The notes beneath the pieces were generated by a model. That model saw only the letters and a list, made by a program, of their open reading frames with translations, had not been told where the DNA came from and did not search any database. 64,000 nt of DNA, taken from assembly GCA_022511225.1 (NCBI GenBank), contig JAFLRZ010000007.1:29283-93282 (forward strand), written 5' to 3'. Each line of letters begins with the position of its first letter. Positions within the stretch are counted from its first letter, which is position 1. The DNA comes from Eubacterium sp. GTDB taxonomy: Bacteria; Bacillota; Clostridia; Oscillospirales; Acutalibacteraceae. Shown here in pieces: positions 36,628-45,463 of this stretch. Made by a program: the position numbers and the translations under genes.

Positions 36628-37197
36628 TTACTGATTATTCTTGTTCTTGTTCTGGCTGTTCATAACGTTCTGACGGATACGGCGAACATCCTGAAGTGCT
36701 CTGTAAAGAGCATCATCAATATCAAGGAGAGTGTCATCAGCGTAGTTATTAACAGCTGTAAGCATTTCGCGTGACTTAGCGTGAGCACTTGTAACTATTT
36801 CGTTTGACTGATTTGTTGCGTCATTAAGAATAGTTGAAGCCTGAGTTTTTGCTTCAAGAATGTAAGCATCGCCCTGCTCCTTAGCCTTAGCAATAATCTC
36901 TGCTGCTTCTGCCTGAGCCTGAAGTGTAACTCTGTCCTGAGCAATCATTTCTCTCTTCTGCTCCTGAGCCTCTGCAATGATATCTGCAGCCTGCTTGTTA
37001 GCCTCTTCGATAATGCTGTTACGGGAATCAACTATAGCCTTTGCCTGCTTTGTTTCCTGAGGAGTGTTAAGACGAATATCCTCAATAATTGTTTTAATCT
37101 TATCAATGTCAACAGCCCACTTCTTGCTCATAGGGATTTTGGTAGCATCATCAAGTACGTCTTCTAAATCCTCAAGTAAAATGTCAGTATTAGTCAT
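36628..37197 (-). CDS. DivIVA/SepIVA-like coiled-coil protein
   Basis: LEDLEDVLDDA..IP...IRLNTP.E.KQA, then repeated A..II..A heptads; conserved position after coaD. Confidence 0.6.
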   Translation of the reverse strand: MTNTDILLEDLEDVLDDATKIPMSKKWAVDIDKIKTIIEDIRLNTPQETKQAKAIVDSRNSIIEEANKQAADIIAEAQEQKREMIAQDRVTLQAQAEAAEIIAKAKEQGDAYILEAKTQASTILNDATNQSNEIVTSAHAKSREMLTAVNNYADDTLLDIDDALYRALQDVRRIRQNVMNSQNKNKNNQ

Positions 37198-37201
37198 AAT
37201 T

Positions 37202-37681
37202 TTAATCTCCTTTACATCTTAAATAAATATCATCAACTATTTGCTTTGGTACGTATGGCGAAATGTCGCCATCAAGGCGGCACACTTCCTTAACCATACT
37301 CGAAGAAAGAAACATATTTTCACCCATTGCAGGCATAAAAACTGTTTCAATTTTAGGGTACAGACTTTTATTTATAAGCGCCTGCTGAAATTCGTAATCG
37401 AAATCCGACACGGCACGAAGTCCCTTAACTATTGCGGTAGCATCAATCTTCTTTGCATATTCGACAAGCAAGCCGTTATATGTATCAACTTTTATTTTAT
37501 CCGAAGTGATACACTTTTGAAGAAGCATCATTCTTTCTTCAACTGAAAATGCAGAATTTTTGGAGCTGTTGCTCATTACAAGCACAACTACCTCATCAAA
37601 CATAGCCGCGGCTCTTTCGATAATGTCGAGGTGACCGAGAGTTACCGGATCAAAGCTGCCCGGACAAATTGCAATTTTCAT
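37202..37681 (-). CDS. coaD: Phosphopantetheine adenylyltransferase
   Basis: PGSFDPVTLGHLDII, KGLRAVSDFDYE, LSSSMVKE. ATG 37681; the ORF-track start is 37750. Confidence 0.96.
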   Translation of the reverse strand: MKIAICPGSFDPVTLGHLDIIERAAAMFDEVVVLVMSNSSKNSAFSVEERMMLLQKCITSDKIKVDTYNGLLVEYAKKIDATAIVKGLRAVSDFDYEFQQALINKSLYPKIETVFMPAMGENMFLSSSMVKEVCRLDGDISPYVPKQIVDDIYLRCKGD

Positions 37682-38226
37682 TACTGCTTCTCCTTCCGAT
37701 AAAGAGTAAGACTTGTTTTTCCGTATCGTCTGCTTCTGTCTGTATACCATCCGCCGATTTTTTCGGGCAGAGCTTCGTCAACAGACGTTTCGCAAATAAC
37801 TATTCCGTCATCACTCATCATAGGAAGCAGGATAGGAAGGCATTTTTCTATCAAGCCTTGCTTATACGGAGGGTCGAGAAGTGCAATATCGAAATTATCC
37901 TTTCTCATTAAAAACGATACTGCATCAGACATAACGAGCCTTGCCTTGTCTGAAAGCTGACAGTGCTCAATATTGCTTTGGGCAATTTTATAAGCCTGTC
38001 TGTTGTTTTCGACAAATGTGCAATGCCTTGCACCTCTTGAGAGTGCCTCTATACCAAGCTGAGCCGAGCCTGCGAACAAATCGAGGACCTTAGTATCCTC
38101 AATTTCAAACTGAATCATTGAAAACAATGCTTCCTTAACAGATTCTGTTGTAGGCCTTGTGATTTCTTCACCAGGCAGAGTTTCAAGCCTTCTGCCCCTG
38201 GCACTGCCGGTAATAACACGCATCAT
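37681..38226 (-). CDS. rsmD: 16S rRNA m2G966 methyltransferase
   Basis: MRVITG.ARGR.L, RPTT..VKEALF, LDLFAGSAQLGIEALSRGA, LDPPY. Confidence 0.95.
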   Translation of the reverse strand: MMRVITGSARGRRLETLPGEEITRPTTESVKEALFSMIQFEIEDTKVLDLFAGSAQLGIEALSRGARHCTFVENNRQAYKIAQSNIEHCQLSDKARLVMSDAVSFLMRKDNFDIALLDPPYKQGLIEKCLPILLPMMSDDGIVICETSVDEALPEKIGGWYTDRSRRYGKTSLTLYRKEKQ

Positions 38227-38286
38227 CTATAAACTACCTCTAAAAACTAATCGGCATATTACGCCATTATCAGCTTCTTACACTAC

Positions 38287-38315
38287 ATTATACAAAGTAT
38301 GTGTTTATTAGTCAA
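38287..38315 (-). promoter_or_regulatory. SigA promoter of rsmD-coaD
   Basis: TTGACT, 17 nt, TATAAT. Confidence 0.7.
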
Positions 38316-38331
38316 GTTACAAAAATAAATT

Positions 38332-40152
38332 TTACAATTCGTGATAAAACATATATATGTCCTGTGCATTCTTTTCGCTGATGCCCGATACCTTTGAAAG
38401 CTCCTCTGCTTCAGCGTTTTTTATTGCAGTAACTGTTTTGAAATGCTTGAGGAGAGCCTTTGCTTTTTTATCACCTATTCCTTCTATCTTTGTAAGAGAT
38501 GTTGAAAGGGTGCTTTTCTTATGCTTTTTATGGTGATAAGTAATAGCGAAGCGGTGCACCTCCTCCTGAATTGTAGACACAAGAGTAAACACGCCTCTGT
38601 GCGAATTGATTTCGATTTCACCGCCGTTCAGGGCGATGGCTCTCGTTCTGTGCTTACTATCCTTAACCATACCGAAAATCGGAACATCAAGTCCCATAGA
38701 CTTAACAACGGGAAGAACGGCATTAACTTGCGGCTCACCGCCGTCAAGGAGAATAAGGTCGGGTAAAATCTTGAACGTACTGCCATCCTCGTCATTATAG
38801 TAATGATTAAAGCGTCTTGTCAAAACCTCCTGCATTGAGCCGACGTCGTTCTGACCGTCAAAGCCTTTTATTGAAAATCTCTTGTACGCAGATTTCATCG
38901 GTCTGCCGTTATGAAATACAACCATACCTGCTACGTTGTCTGCGCCGAAGGTGTGTGAAATATCGTAGGATTCGATATACTCGGGGATTTTTTTTAGTCC
39001 GAGAAGGTCTTTAAGCTCTTCAAGGGCGGCAATCTCCCGTCCGAGTCTGCCCTGCTGCTGAGCAAGATGCTCGTTTGCATTTTTTATGCACATATTAACG
39101 ATAGAAAGGTGCTCACCCTTTTGCGGATGAATTAACTCGATTTTTTTACCCCTCTTGCTTTCAAGAAATTCAAGGAGCAATTCTTCATCCTCAATTTCAC
39201 CGTCAACGGCAATTCTTGCAGGAACACGGCTTCGCATAGAATAGTAGCGTTCAATCAACTCAAAGCGTGCCTGCGGTATATCGTCAACGGCATCAATGAG
39301 CCAGAATTCACTGTCTGTCAGCTTGCCGTGCTCAAATCTTATAACCTCAAAGCAAGCCTTTTTATTTGAATTGACGAGAGCAAAAACATCCTCCTCCGGC
39401 ACATTAATGGATACGACCTTCTGCTTTTCATCAAGATTTTTTATTGCCTTTATTCTGTCACGAAGCTTTGCTGCCTCTTCAAATTCAAGATTTTCTGAAA
39501 GCTCCTCCATTTTCTTCTGCATTTCCCTGACGGCTTTAACGCTGCCGCCCTTAAGAAAGTCGATTGCAGAATTGATGCTTTCGATATATTCGTCCTTCGT
39601 AATTCCTGCGCTACAGGGTGAGGAGCAAATTCCCATAAAGCCGTTAAGGCACGGTCTGCTTTTGCCGTAATCACGGGGAAACTTCTTATTGCATCGTGGA
39701 AGCTTGAATATTTTAAGCGTTTCCTCAACGGCAAGCTTTACGGAAAAATTTGAGGTATAAGGTCCTATATAAACGGCATCGTCATTCAGCATTTGCTTAC
39801 ATTCACGGATTTTTGGAAATTCCTCTTTTGTGATTTTTATATAGTTGTAGCCCTTATCGTCCTTAAGCAGAATGTTATATTTAGGCTGGTGCTGTTTTAT
39901 CAGCGAACATTCGAGCACGAGTGCCTCAAATTCGCTGTCGCATAGAATGTAGTCAAAATCATCTACGTTTTCGACCATTCGTCTGACCTTAAGAGAGTGA
40001 TTTGAATGACTGCCGAAATATGAAGAAACTCTGTTTTTCAGCTTCTTCGCCTTGCCTATATAGATAATTTTCTTATCCTTGTTCTTCATAATGTAAACGC
40101 CCGGATTAAGCGGTAAAGCCATAGCTTTTTTGCGAAGCTCCTTTTCAGTCAC
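38332..40152 (-). CDS. uvrC: Excinuclease ABC subunit C
   Basis: GIY-YIG (PGVYIM...IYIGKAK), UVR domain, ESYDISH, LDGG, HhH. GTG 40152; the ORF-track start is 40206. Confidence 0.96.
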   Translation of the reverse strand: MTEKELRKKAMALPLNPGVYIMKNKDKKIIYIGKAKKLKNRVSSYFGSHSNHSLKVRRMVENVDDFDYILCDSEFEALVLECSLIKQHQPKYNILLKDDKGYNYIKITKEEFPKIRECKQMLNDDAVYIGPYTSNFSVKLAVEETLKIFKLPRCNKKFPRDYGKSRPCLNGFMGICSSPCSAGITKDEYIESINSAIDFLKGGSVKAVREMQKKMEELSENLEFEEAAKLRDRIKAIKNLDEKQKVVSINVPEEDVFALVNSNKKACFEVIRFEHGKLTDSEFWLIDAVDDIPQARFELIERYYSMRSRVPARIAVDGEIEDEELLLEFLESKRGKKIELIHPQKGEHLSIVNMCIKNANEHLAQQQGRLGREIAALEELKDLLGLKKIPEYIESYDISHTFGADNVAGMVVFHNGRPMKSAYKRFSIKGFDGQNDVGSMQEVLTRRFNHYYNDEDGSTFKILPDLILLDGGEPQVNAVLPVVKSMGLDVPIFGMVKDSKHRTRAIALNGGEIEINSHRGVFTLVSTIQEEVHRFAITYHHKKHKKSTLSTSLTKIEGIGDKKAKALLKHFKTVTAIKNAEAEELSKVSGISEKNAQDIYMFYHEL

Positions 40153-40255
40153 AAGCTCACTCCCTTTCGATTTTAGTATATCACATATGGTAAAAAAGTA
40201 AAACAAAGAGGTACCTCAACAAGCTGAGATACCTCGAAAAATCAAGATTAAGTAA

Positions 40256-40519
40256 TTACTCTGTAAAACCTGACTTTACAAGAGCAACAAGTCCCTCAAC
40301 AGCGGACTCTTCGTCAGAGCCGTCAGCGATAATTCTAATGTCAGTTCCACCCATAATGCCAAGTGAAAGAACACCTAAAAGGCTCTTAGCATTTACTCTT
40401 CTCTCTTCCTTTTCAACCCAGATTGAAGACTTGAATTCATTAGCCTTCTGGATAAAGAAAGTTGCAGGACGAGCGTGAAGACCAACCTGATTTTCTACCT
40501 TAACATCTTTAACGAACAT
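40256..40519 (-). CDS. ptsH: Phosphocarrier HPr
   Basis: GLHARPA (His15) and VNAKSLLGVLSLG (Ser46). Confidence 0.95.
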   Translation of the reverse strand: MFVKDVKVENQVGLHARPATFFIQKANEFKSSIWVEKEERRVNAKSLLGVLSLGIMGGTDIRIIADGSDEESAVEGLVALVKSGFTE

Positions 40520-40700
40520 AGCTATAACCTCGCATTCCTTAAATAATACTATATATTGTGATTTATTAAGCTGAACTTGATTTCTTTACATATTATATCA
40601 TTAAATTTGAATCGGTCAACACTATATCGTCAACTTCGTTTGACTTGTTAATTACAACTAAAAAAAGTAACTGTGATTTGTGCAATTTTCACATAATTTT

Positions 40701-41435
40701 TTAGTCTTGTTTAAGCTTCGTCAAATACTTTATATCCTTGTCCGTAAGCTCTGCTTTTTCGAGTAAATCAGGTCTGCGGGAAAGTGTGCGTTCAAGTGAT
40801 TTCTGACGCCTCCATTCATCTACCTTTGCGTGATTACCCGAGAGTAAAACCTCTGGTACTTCTCTGCCGTTCCACTCACTCGGATGAGTATACTGAGGAT
40901 GCTCAAGAAGTGAATTATAATGGCTTTCCTCCTCAAAGCATTCATCGTCGCTGAGCACACCCGGAAGCATACGGGAAACGGAATCCGCCACGATAAGCGC
41001 AGGAAGCTCACCGCCTGTCAGCACATAGTCACCTACTGAAATTTCCTCGGGTTTGAGCTCTTCGATAACACGCTCGTCAATCCCCTCGTAATGACCGCAA
41101 AGAAGCGCGATATTATCAAGCTCGGCAAGCTCCTTGACCCTCTCCTGAGTAAGAGTTTTACCCTGCGGAGTAAGATAAATCAAATGTGGTCTTGCGCCGA
41201 TTTCCTCGCAAAGCGACCGAAAGCAGTCATAAATGGGCTGTGGTGCCATAACCATACCCATACCGCCGCCGTACGGCTTGTCGTCAACTCTGCGATGCTT
41301 GTCAAGCGTATAATCACGTATGTCTATGCAGTTAATTTCGACCTTTCCCGACTTTCTCGCTCTGCCGATTATCGATTCACTCATTACTGTATCACACATC
41401 TGCGGAAAAAGAGTTAATATATCAATTCTCATCAA
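40701..41435 (-). CDS. trmD: tRNA m1G37 methyltransferase
   Basis: DDKPYGGGMGMVM, CGHYEGIDER, SVGDYVLTGGE. Confidence 0.97.
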   Translation of the reverse strand: MMRIDILTLFPQMCDTVMSESIIGRARKSGKVEINCIDIRDYTLDKHRRVDDKPYGGGMGMVMAPQPIYDCFRSLCEEIGARPHLIYLTPQGKTLTQERVKELAELDNIALLCGHYEGIDERVIEELKPEEISVGDYVLTGGELPALIVADSVSRMLPGVLSDDECFEEESHYNSLLEHPQYTHPSEWNGREVPEVLLSGNHAKVDEWRRQKSLERTLSRRPDLLEKAELTDKDIKYLTKLKQD

Positions 41436-41931
41436 ACAAGCCTTTCATTGCTTTAATTCTTATAACCTTGTACTCGGTATTGATTTCTTTTACAACGTCC
41501 TCGATTGCAGGGATAAGAGTATGCTTGCCCCAGCTTTCTATATCGTAAATATCACACGAGCCGTAGTTGAGCACGTCAACTACCTTACCGTATTCCTCCT
41601 CGGTGTCGATATCAACAACGTAACAGCCTATGAGATCAGCAATATAATTTGCATCTTCATCAATTTCGGCATCATCACGGTTGCCGTAGAGGACTTTGCC
41701 CTTAAGCTCCTCAGCCTGTTCGATAGTATCTATACCCTTAAGTCTGATTATAGCAAGATTCTTCTGAGGGCGGACGGACAGAAGCTCTACGCTGTTTTTG
41801 CCCTCGTCATCAAGATAAAGCACTTCAAACTGCTTGAGGTAATCTATATCGTCGCACCACAAGGTAAGCTTTAACTCGCCCTTGATTCCGTGGGTATTAT
41901 TAATTTTACCTATTTCTAAATACTGCTTCAT
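41422..41931 (-). CDS. rimM: Ribosome maturation factor RimM
   Basis: GKINNTHGIKGELK...DLIGC.V...LIP. ATG 41931; the ORF-track extension runs through a promoter and a terminator. Confidence 0.93.
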   Translation of the reverse strand: MKQYLEIGKINNTHGIKGELKLTLWCDDIDYLKQFEVLYLDDEGKNSVELLSVRPQKNLAIIRLKGIDTIEQAEELKGKVLYGNRDDAEIDEDANYIADLIGCYVVDIDTEEEYGKVVDVLNYGSCDIYDIESWGKHTLIPAIEDVVKEINTEYKVIRIKAMKGLFDEN

Positions 41932-41946
41932 TTTATCACCAAGGCT

Positions 41947-41975
41947 ATTATATATTCTTTCGCTCCTTTTGGCAA
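41947..41975 (-). promoter_or_regulatory. SigA promoter of rimM-trmD
   Basis: TTGCCA, 17 nt, TATAAT. Confidence 0.65.
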
Positions 41976-41978
41976 TAG

Positions 41979-42010
41979 AAAAATGTGCATCCAAAAGGAT
42001 GCACATTTTT
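41979..42010 (-). terminator. Terminator of the FN3 gene
   Basis: AAAAATGTGCATCC-N4-GGATGCACATTTTT. Confidence 0.8.
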
Positions 42011-42022
42011 CAGTTTTTAAGC

Positions 42023-43024
42023 TTATTTACATTTAATGGATTTAACACTGCTCCAAGCACTGTAATACTTCTTTCCGTTCACTGTTTTGTATGATCGAAC
42101 ACGAACGTAATACTTTTTGCCTTTCGTAAAGTTTTTACCTGTATAGCTTGTCTTTGATTTGCCTGAAACAGTCTTTGTTGCAATTACACTTTTGAAATTG
42201 CTTTTCTTGCTGTACTGCACCTGATAGCCACTGCAGGAGGATACCTTTTTCCACTTTGCAATAATCTGATGCTTTTTATTGGTTGACGGTGTTTTGATTG
42301 TCGGCTTAGAGGGCTTTGTCGGAGTTGTAAGATAAGTCCAACTGCTGTAATACTTTTTACCGTCTATTTTCTTGTATGCACGAACTCTGAATTTATATGA
42401 AAGTCCTGCTTTGAGGCTTTTTACTGTACGGCTTGTGGAGGTTGTGTTAGTTATAGTCTTATAGCTGCCTGAGCTCAAGCGCTGAAGCTGATAACCACTT
42501 ACACCTGCTATTTTGTTCCACTTTAACTTTAAGCTTGTTGTGTTACGGGTTGCTACTTTGAAGCTTGAAGGTGAAGCGACATTGCATTTATAATCAATTT
42601 TTACGGTGTACTCTCCACCATAATTTGAATAGGGTCCAGAATAAACACGAAAGTAATAAGTTCCTTTACTCATATACATGGATTTCGTTACACTAACATA
42701 TCCAAGAGCTTCCTTTTTATAATCACCAAAACTACCGATTTCTGTACCGCTTGGGTCATATATATTGAAATCGCCATGATAGCTTGAATAATTATCATTT
42801 TTTAATGTTGCAGTAAATGTAACATTACCGGCTTCCGGAACATAGAATTCATAAAAATCAGCTTTATTCCAATCATCATCAATAACACCGCTGTATGTAA
42901 TACCAAATTCTGCCTTCTTTGCTGTGCCTATAGTATCATATTCGGCATATGCAGTCATATCTATGCCTGCTGTTATGCTTAAAAGCATAACTAATGATAA
43001 TAGTAAACTTAAAATTTTTTTCAT
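42023..43024 (-). CDS. Secreted/surface protein with a PPC-like N-terminal domain and two basic fibronectin type III domains
   Basis: Signal peptide MKKILSLLLSLVMLL...TAYA; FN3 motifs LKWNKIAGVSGYQL...YKFRVRAY and WKKVSSCSGYQVQY...YYVRVRSY. ATG 43024 follows GAGG. Confidence 0.75.
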   Translation of the reverse strand: MKKILSLLLSLVMLLSITAGIDMTAYAEYDTIGTAKKAEFGITYSGVIDDDWNKADFYEFYVPEAGNVTFTATLKNDNYSSYHGDFNIYDPSGTEIGSFGDYKKEALGYVSVTKSMYMSKGTYYFRVYSGPYSNYGGEYTVKIDYKCNVASPSSFKVATRNTTSLKLKWNKIAGVSGYQLQRLSSGSYKTITNTTSTSRTVKSLKAGLSYKFRVRAYKKIDGKKYYSSWTYLTTPTKPSKPTIKTPSTNKKHQIIAKWKKVSSCSGYQVQYSKKSNFKSVIATKTVSGKSKTSYTGKNFTKGKKYYVRVRSYKTVNGKKYYSAWSSVKSIKCK

Positions 43025-43056
43025 TATATACACCTCTCAAAATTATTTGCAATATT

Positions 43057-43103
43057 ATTTTACTATCATTTGATAGTATTGTCAATACTATTATTTGATA
43101 GTG
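43057..43103. promoter_or_regulatory. FN3-gene promoter overlapped by two palindromic operators
   Basis: TTGACA (43085-43080), 17 nt, TAAAAT (43062-43057) on minus; TACTATCA-TT-TGATAGTA at 43061-43078 and TACTATTA-TT-TGATAGTG at 43086-43103. Confidence 0.7.
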
Positions 43104-43125
43104 GAATAAAATAAATTCAGAGGTG

Positions 43126-43344
43126 ATGAGTGTGTACTATTACCAGAGAATAAGGGATTTGCGCGAAGATGCTGATTTAAAACAAAAAGAAATTGCTGCA
43201 ATACTCGGAATTGACCAAAGAGTATACAGCAATTACGAAATCGGCAAGAGAGAAATACCGACACATTTGTTAATCAAGCTTGCAGATTATTACAACACTA
43301 CAACCGATTATATATTAGGAAGAACGAATGATTCAAAAAGATAA
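43126..43344 (+). CDS. XRE-family HTH transcriptional regulator
   Basis: RIRDLRED..LKQKEIA..LGI.QRVYSNYE.GKREIP...LIKLADYY..TTDYILG. Confidence 0.9.
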   Translation: MSVYYYQRIRDLREDADLKQKEIAAILGIDQRVYSNYEIGKREIPTHLLIKLADYYNTTTDYILGRTNDSKR

Positions 43345-43378
43345 AACCGTTTGAGTAAGAGAAACTCAAACGGTTTTT
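43343..43378. terminator. Bidirectional terminator, copy 1 of a duplicated pair
   Basis: AAAACCGTTTGAGT-N7-ACTCAAACGGTTTT; 33/36 identical to 45152-45187. Confidence 0.85.
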
Positions 43379-43384
43379 ATAGTA

Positions 43385-44449
43385 TTATTTTTTACAGCTG
43401 AGGTAATTGAGTCGGCAACCGCCGTTGCATATTTCCGTATATTCGCAGTTATTACAATGCTTTGATGAACGGAAATTTCTGAATGCAATCAGCTTTTCAT
43501 TATTCATCCAGTTGTCAAAATCCAGATACTCTGCATCGGCAATTGTTTCACCCCAGAATGAACACGGCTTGTAGTTGCCGTTAACATCAATGGCGATATA
43601 CATATTACCGCCCATACAGCCGTTGGCGTCAACCTTTTTTAAAAGCTTTTCGGATATAAGCCTTGAATGAGCAAGCTCCTGCATTGATGAACAGTCAAAC
43701 AAAAACATAAGTCTGCTTTTCTTTGACAGCTCCTTGATTTTTTCAAATACCTCGGGCATTTTATCGTCCATATCCAAATCGTCAATAGCCGCATTTTTGC
43801 TTGTCTTTTTATAACGCAAAAACAGTATTTTATTAAATCCCGACTTGCCTGCTCGTTTAACAATTTCGTCAAACAAAGGATAGGTTTCGGTTGTTATTAG
43901 AAGATTAAGTCCTGCACGTTTGCCTGTGTATTTTTTATAGATTTTTGCGACTTTAAAAGCGATTTCAACGTCAGCCGGCTTGTGTACACTGAAATGCACG
44001 TTGCCGAACACCCTGCACTGCTTTGCAAAATCCTCTGTCATTGTCAAGCCGTTTGTAGTCATATTCGGCAGAATATTCTTACTCCGTGTGTATTTTGCAA
44101 GCTCTATGATATGAGGATACAGCGTAGGCTCTCCCCCGCCAAAGGACACTGAAAGAACGGACAGCCTTGCAAGATTATCTATTATCCGCTTTGCTTTGTT
44201 CAAATCAATATCTGCATTGCAATCGGATTTAACTGTATTGTAACAGCCCTTGCAGTACATATTGCACCTTGTTGTAACGGCGAAATGTGCATCAAGAGGA
44301 GAAGACATAATACCGTCAACATAATGTGCGTTTTCATTTTTCTTTATTCCGATTGCATCAGCCATTTTGTTATTTACATAGCCCACAAAACCGGGCTTTT
44401 CAAAATAGACTACACCACCGAATTTTTCTCTTCTTGTTTTAATAATCAT
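43385..44449 (-). CDS. Radical SAM/SPASM-domain protein
   Basis: CNMYCKGC (CxxxCxxC), GGGEP, TTNG; SPASM C-x12-G-x4-C and C-x2-C-x5-C-x3-C. Confidence 0.92.
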   Translation of the reverse strand: MIIKTRREKFGGVVYFEKPGFVGYVNNKMADAIGIKKNENAHYVDGIMSSPLDAHFAVTTRCNMYCKGCYNTVKSDCNADIDLNKAKRIIDNLARLSVLSVSFGGGEPTLYPHIIELAKYTRSKNILPNMTTNGLTMTEDFAKQCRVFGNVHFSVHKPADVEIAFKVAKIYKKYTGKRAGLNLLITTETYPLFDEIVKRAGKSGFNKILFLRYKKTSKNAAIDDLDMDDKMPEVFEKIKELSKKSRLMFLFDCSSMQELAHSRLISEKLLKKVDANGCMGGNMYIAIDVNGNYKPCSFWGETIADAEYLDFDNWMNNEKLIAFRNFRSSKHCNNCEYTEICNGGCRLNYLSCKK

Positions 44450-44452
44450 ATT

Positions 44453-44965
44453 TTATTCCGCAAGATTTTCTAAAAAGGGGTCAAGCAAACCTGCACAAAA
44501 TATCGTAATAGCAACCAGAGCAACAGCAGTTAAAAAGACTGATATGACAATCATCGGAAAAGCACCTATTTTACGCTCTATTATTTGGCGGTGACAAAAA
44601 CGAATTATAAAATACAGGCATATCGCAGGGGCAAGTCCAACGATTAATATCTCTATCCAATACTCCCAGAAAGTGCCGTAGTTGCCGACGATTGCCATAA
44701 CCACACCTATTATTGCGATAATTACACACAGGGGTATGGCTACTCTATTGTATCTTCTGATAGCTTTTTCGCAGTTAATCTCTCCGCTTTCTTCAAGCTT
44801 AGGCAGTTTAATTAATGAGGCAAGCCAGATTATTATCATAGCCGGCAGAATCGCCATAGCCTGATAAAATATTGAAAAAATGAGATAACCCGAACCGCCT
44901 GAAAAGTTCGCCATATTAAACGGTCGGATTTTTAGGATTTTTCGCTTCTCTTTTTCCTTTTTCAT
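44453..44965 (-). CDS. Four-TM hypothetical membrane protein coupled to the radical SAM gene
   Basis: ATG 44965 with AGGAG RBS; 170 aa; stop codon 3 nt before the rSAM ATG. The ORF-track extension to 45196 crosses a REP and a terminator. Confidence 0.75.
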   Translation of the reverse strand: MKKEKEKRKILKIRPFNMANFSGGSGYLIFSIFYQAMAILPAMIIIWLASLIKLPKLEESGEINCEKAIRRYNRVAIPLCVIIAIIGVVMAIVGNYGTFWEYWIEILIVGLAPAICLYFIIRFCHRQIIERKIGAFPMIVISVFLTAVALVAITIFCAGLLDPFLENLAE

Positions 44966-44987
44966 ATTATCACTTCTCCTTAATTTG

Positions 44988-45016
44988 ACAGTAACATAAG
45001 CAATGAACATTGTCAA
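44988..45016 (-). promoter_or_regulatory. SigA-type promoter of the membrane protein-rSAM pair
   Basis: TTGACA, 17 nt, TG-n-TACTGT; lies within a TTTGACA-N20-TGTCAAA inverted repeat. Confidence 0.5.
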
Positions 45017-45085
45017 ATAAACTAAATATAAACTTTTCTTGTTACGATTCAGGCTGACGAGCAATAGGGTTGTTATGTGTTTTAA

Positions 45086-45120
45086 CGAAGCGATGTGGTC
45101 ATCGCTCCCTACAGGAATTC
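45086..45120 (-). repeat. GTAG-type REP-like palindrome, copy 2
   Basis: GTAG-GGAGCGATG-ACCA-CATCGCTTC on minus. Confidence 0.65.
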
Positions 45121-45151
45121 GGCTCAGTAAAATTTCAGTGCAGAATATAAA

Positions 45152-45187
45152 AAAACCGTTTGAGTATGAGCTACTCAAACGGTTTTT
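45152..45187 (-). terminator. khpA terminator, copy 2 of the duplicated pair
   Basis: AAAACCGTTTGAGT-N7-ACTCAAACGGTTTT directly after the khpA stop. Confidence 0.85.
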
Positions 45188-45188
45188 G

Positions 45189-45431
45189 TTAGTCAATTTC
45201 TACATATATTTTTGAGTCATTTCTTGTTGCTGCTGCACGCATAACAACACGGATAGCCTTTGCAATTCTGCCCTGCTTGCCGATAACTCTTCCCATATCG
45301 CTCTCAGATACGTGAAGATGATAAACAGTTACGCCTTCTTCATTCGGTTCGCTAACATCAACAGAAACCTCATCAGGCTTTTCTACCAAGCCCTTTGTGA
45401 TGGAAATTAACAAATCCTTCAAAGAAAACAC
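45189..45431 (-). CDS. khpA: KH-domain RNA-binding protein (YlqC/KhpA)
   Basis: DMGRVIGKQGRIAKAIR; follows rpsP. Confidence 0.92.
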   Translation of the reverse strand: MFSLKDLLISITKGLVEKPDEVSVDVSEPNEEGVTVYHLHVSESDMGRVIGKQGRIAKAIRVVMRAAATRNDSKIYVEID

Positions 45432-45463
45432 CTCCTGTTAAGCTTTGTATTAAAATTCAAAGA

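Noticed and set aside
43385-44449. Anaerobic sulfatase-maturating enzyme for the sulfatase at 62848
   Set aside because: It is 18 kb away in a separate module, has GGGEP and an N-terminal extension closer to PqqE/MftC-like enzymes, and lacks the full anSME Cys set.
44966-45196. 77-aa N-terminal extension of the membrane protein, or a precursor peptide in this leader
   Set aside because: The region consists of the khpA terminator, a REP and a promoter; the RBS is at 44965, and the only separate ORF is 6 codons.
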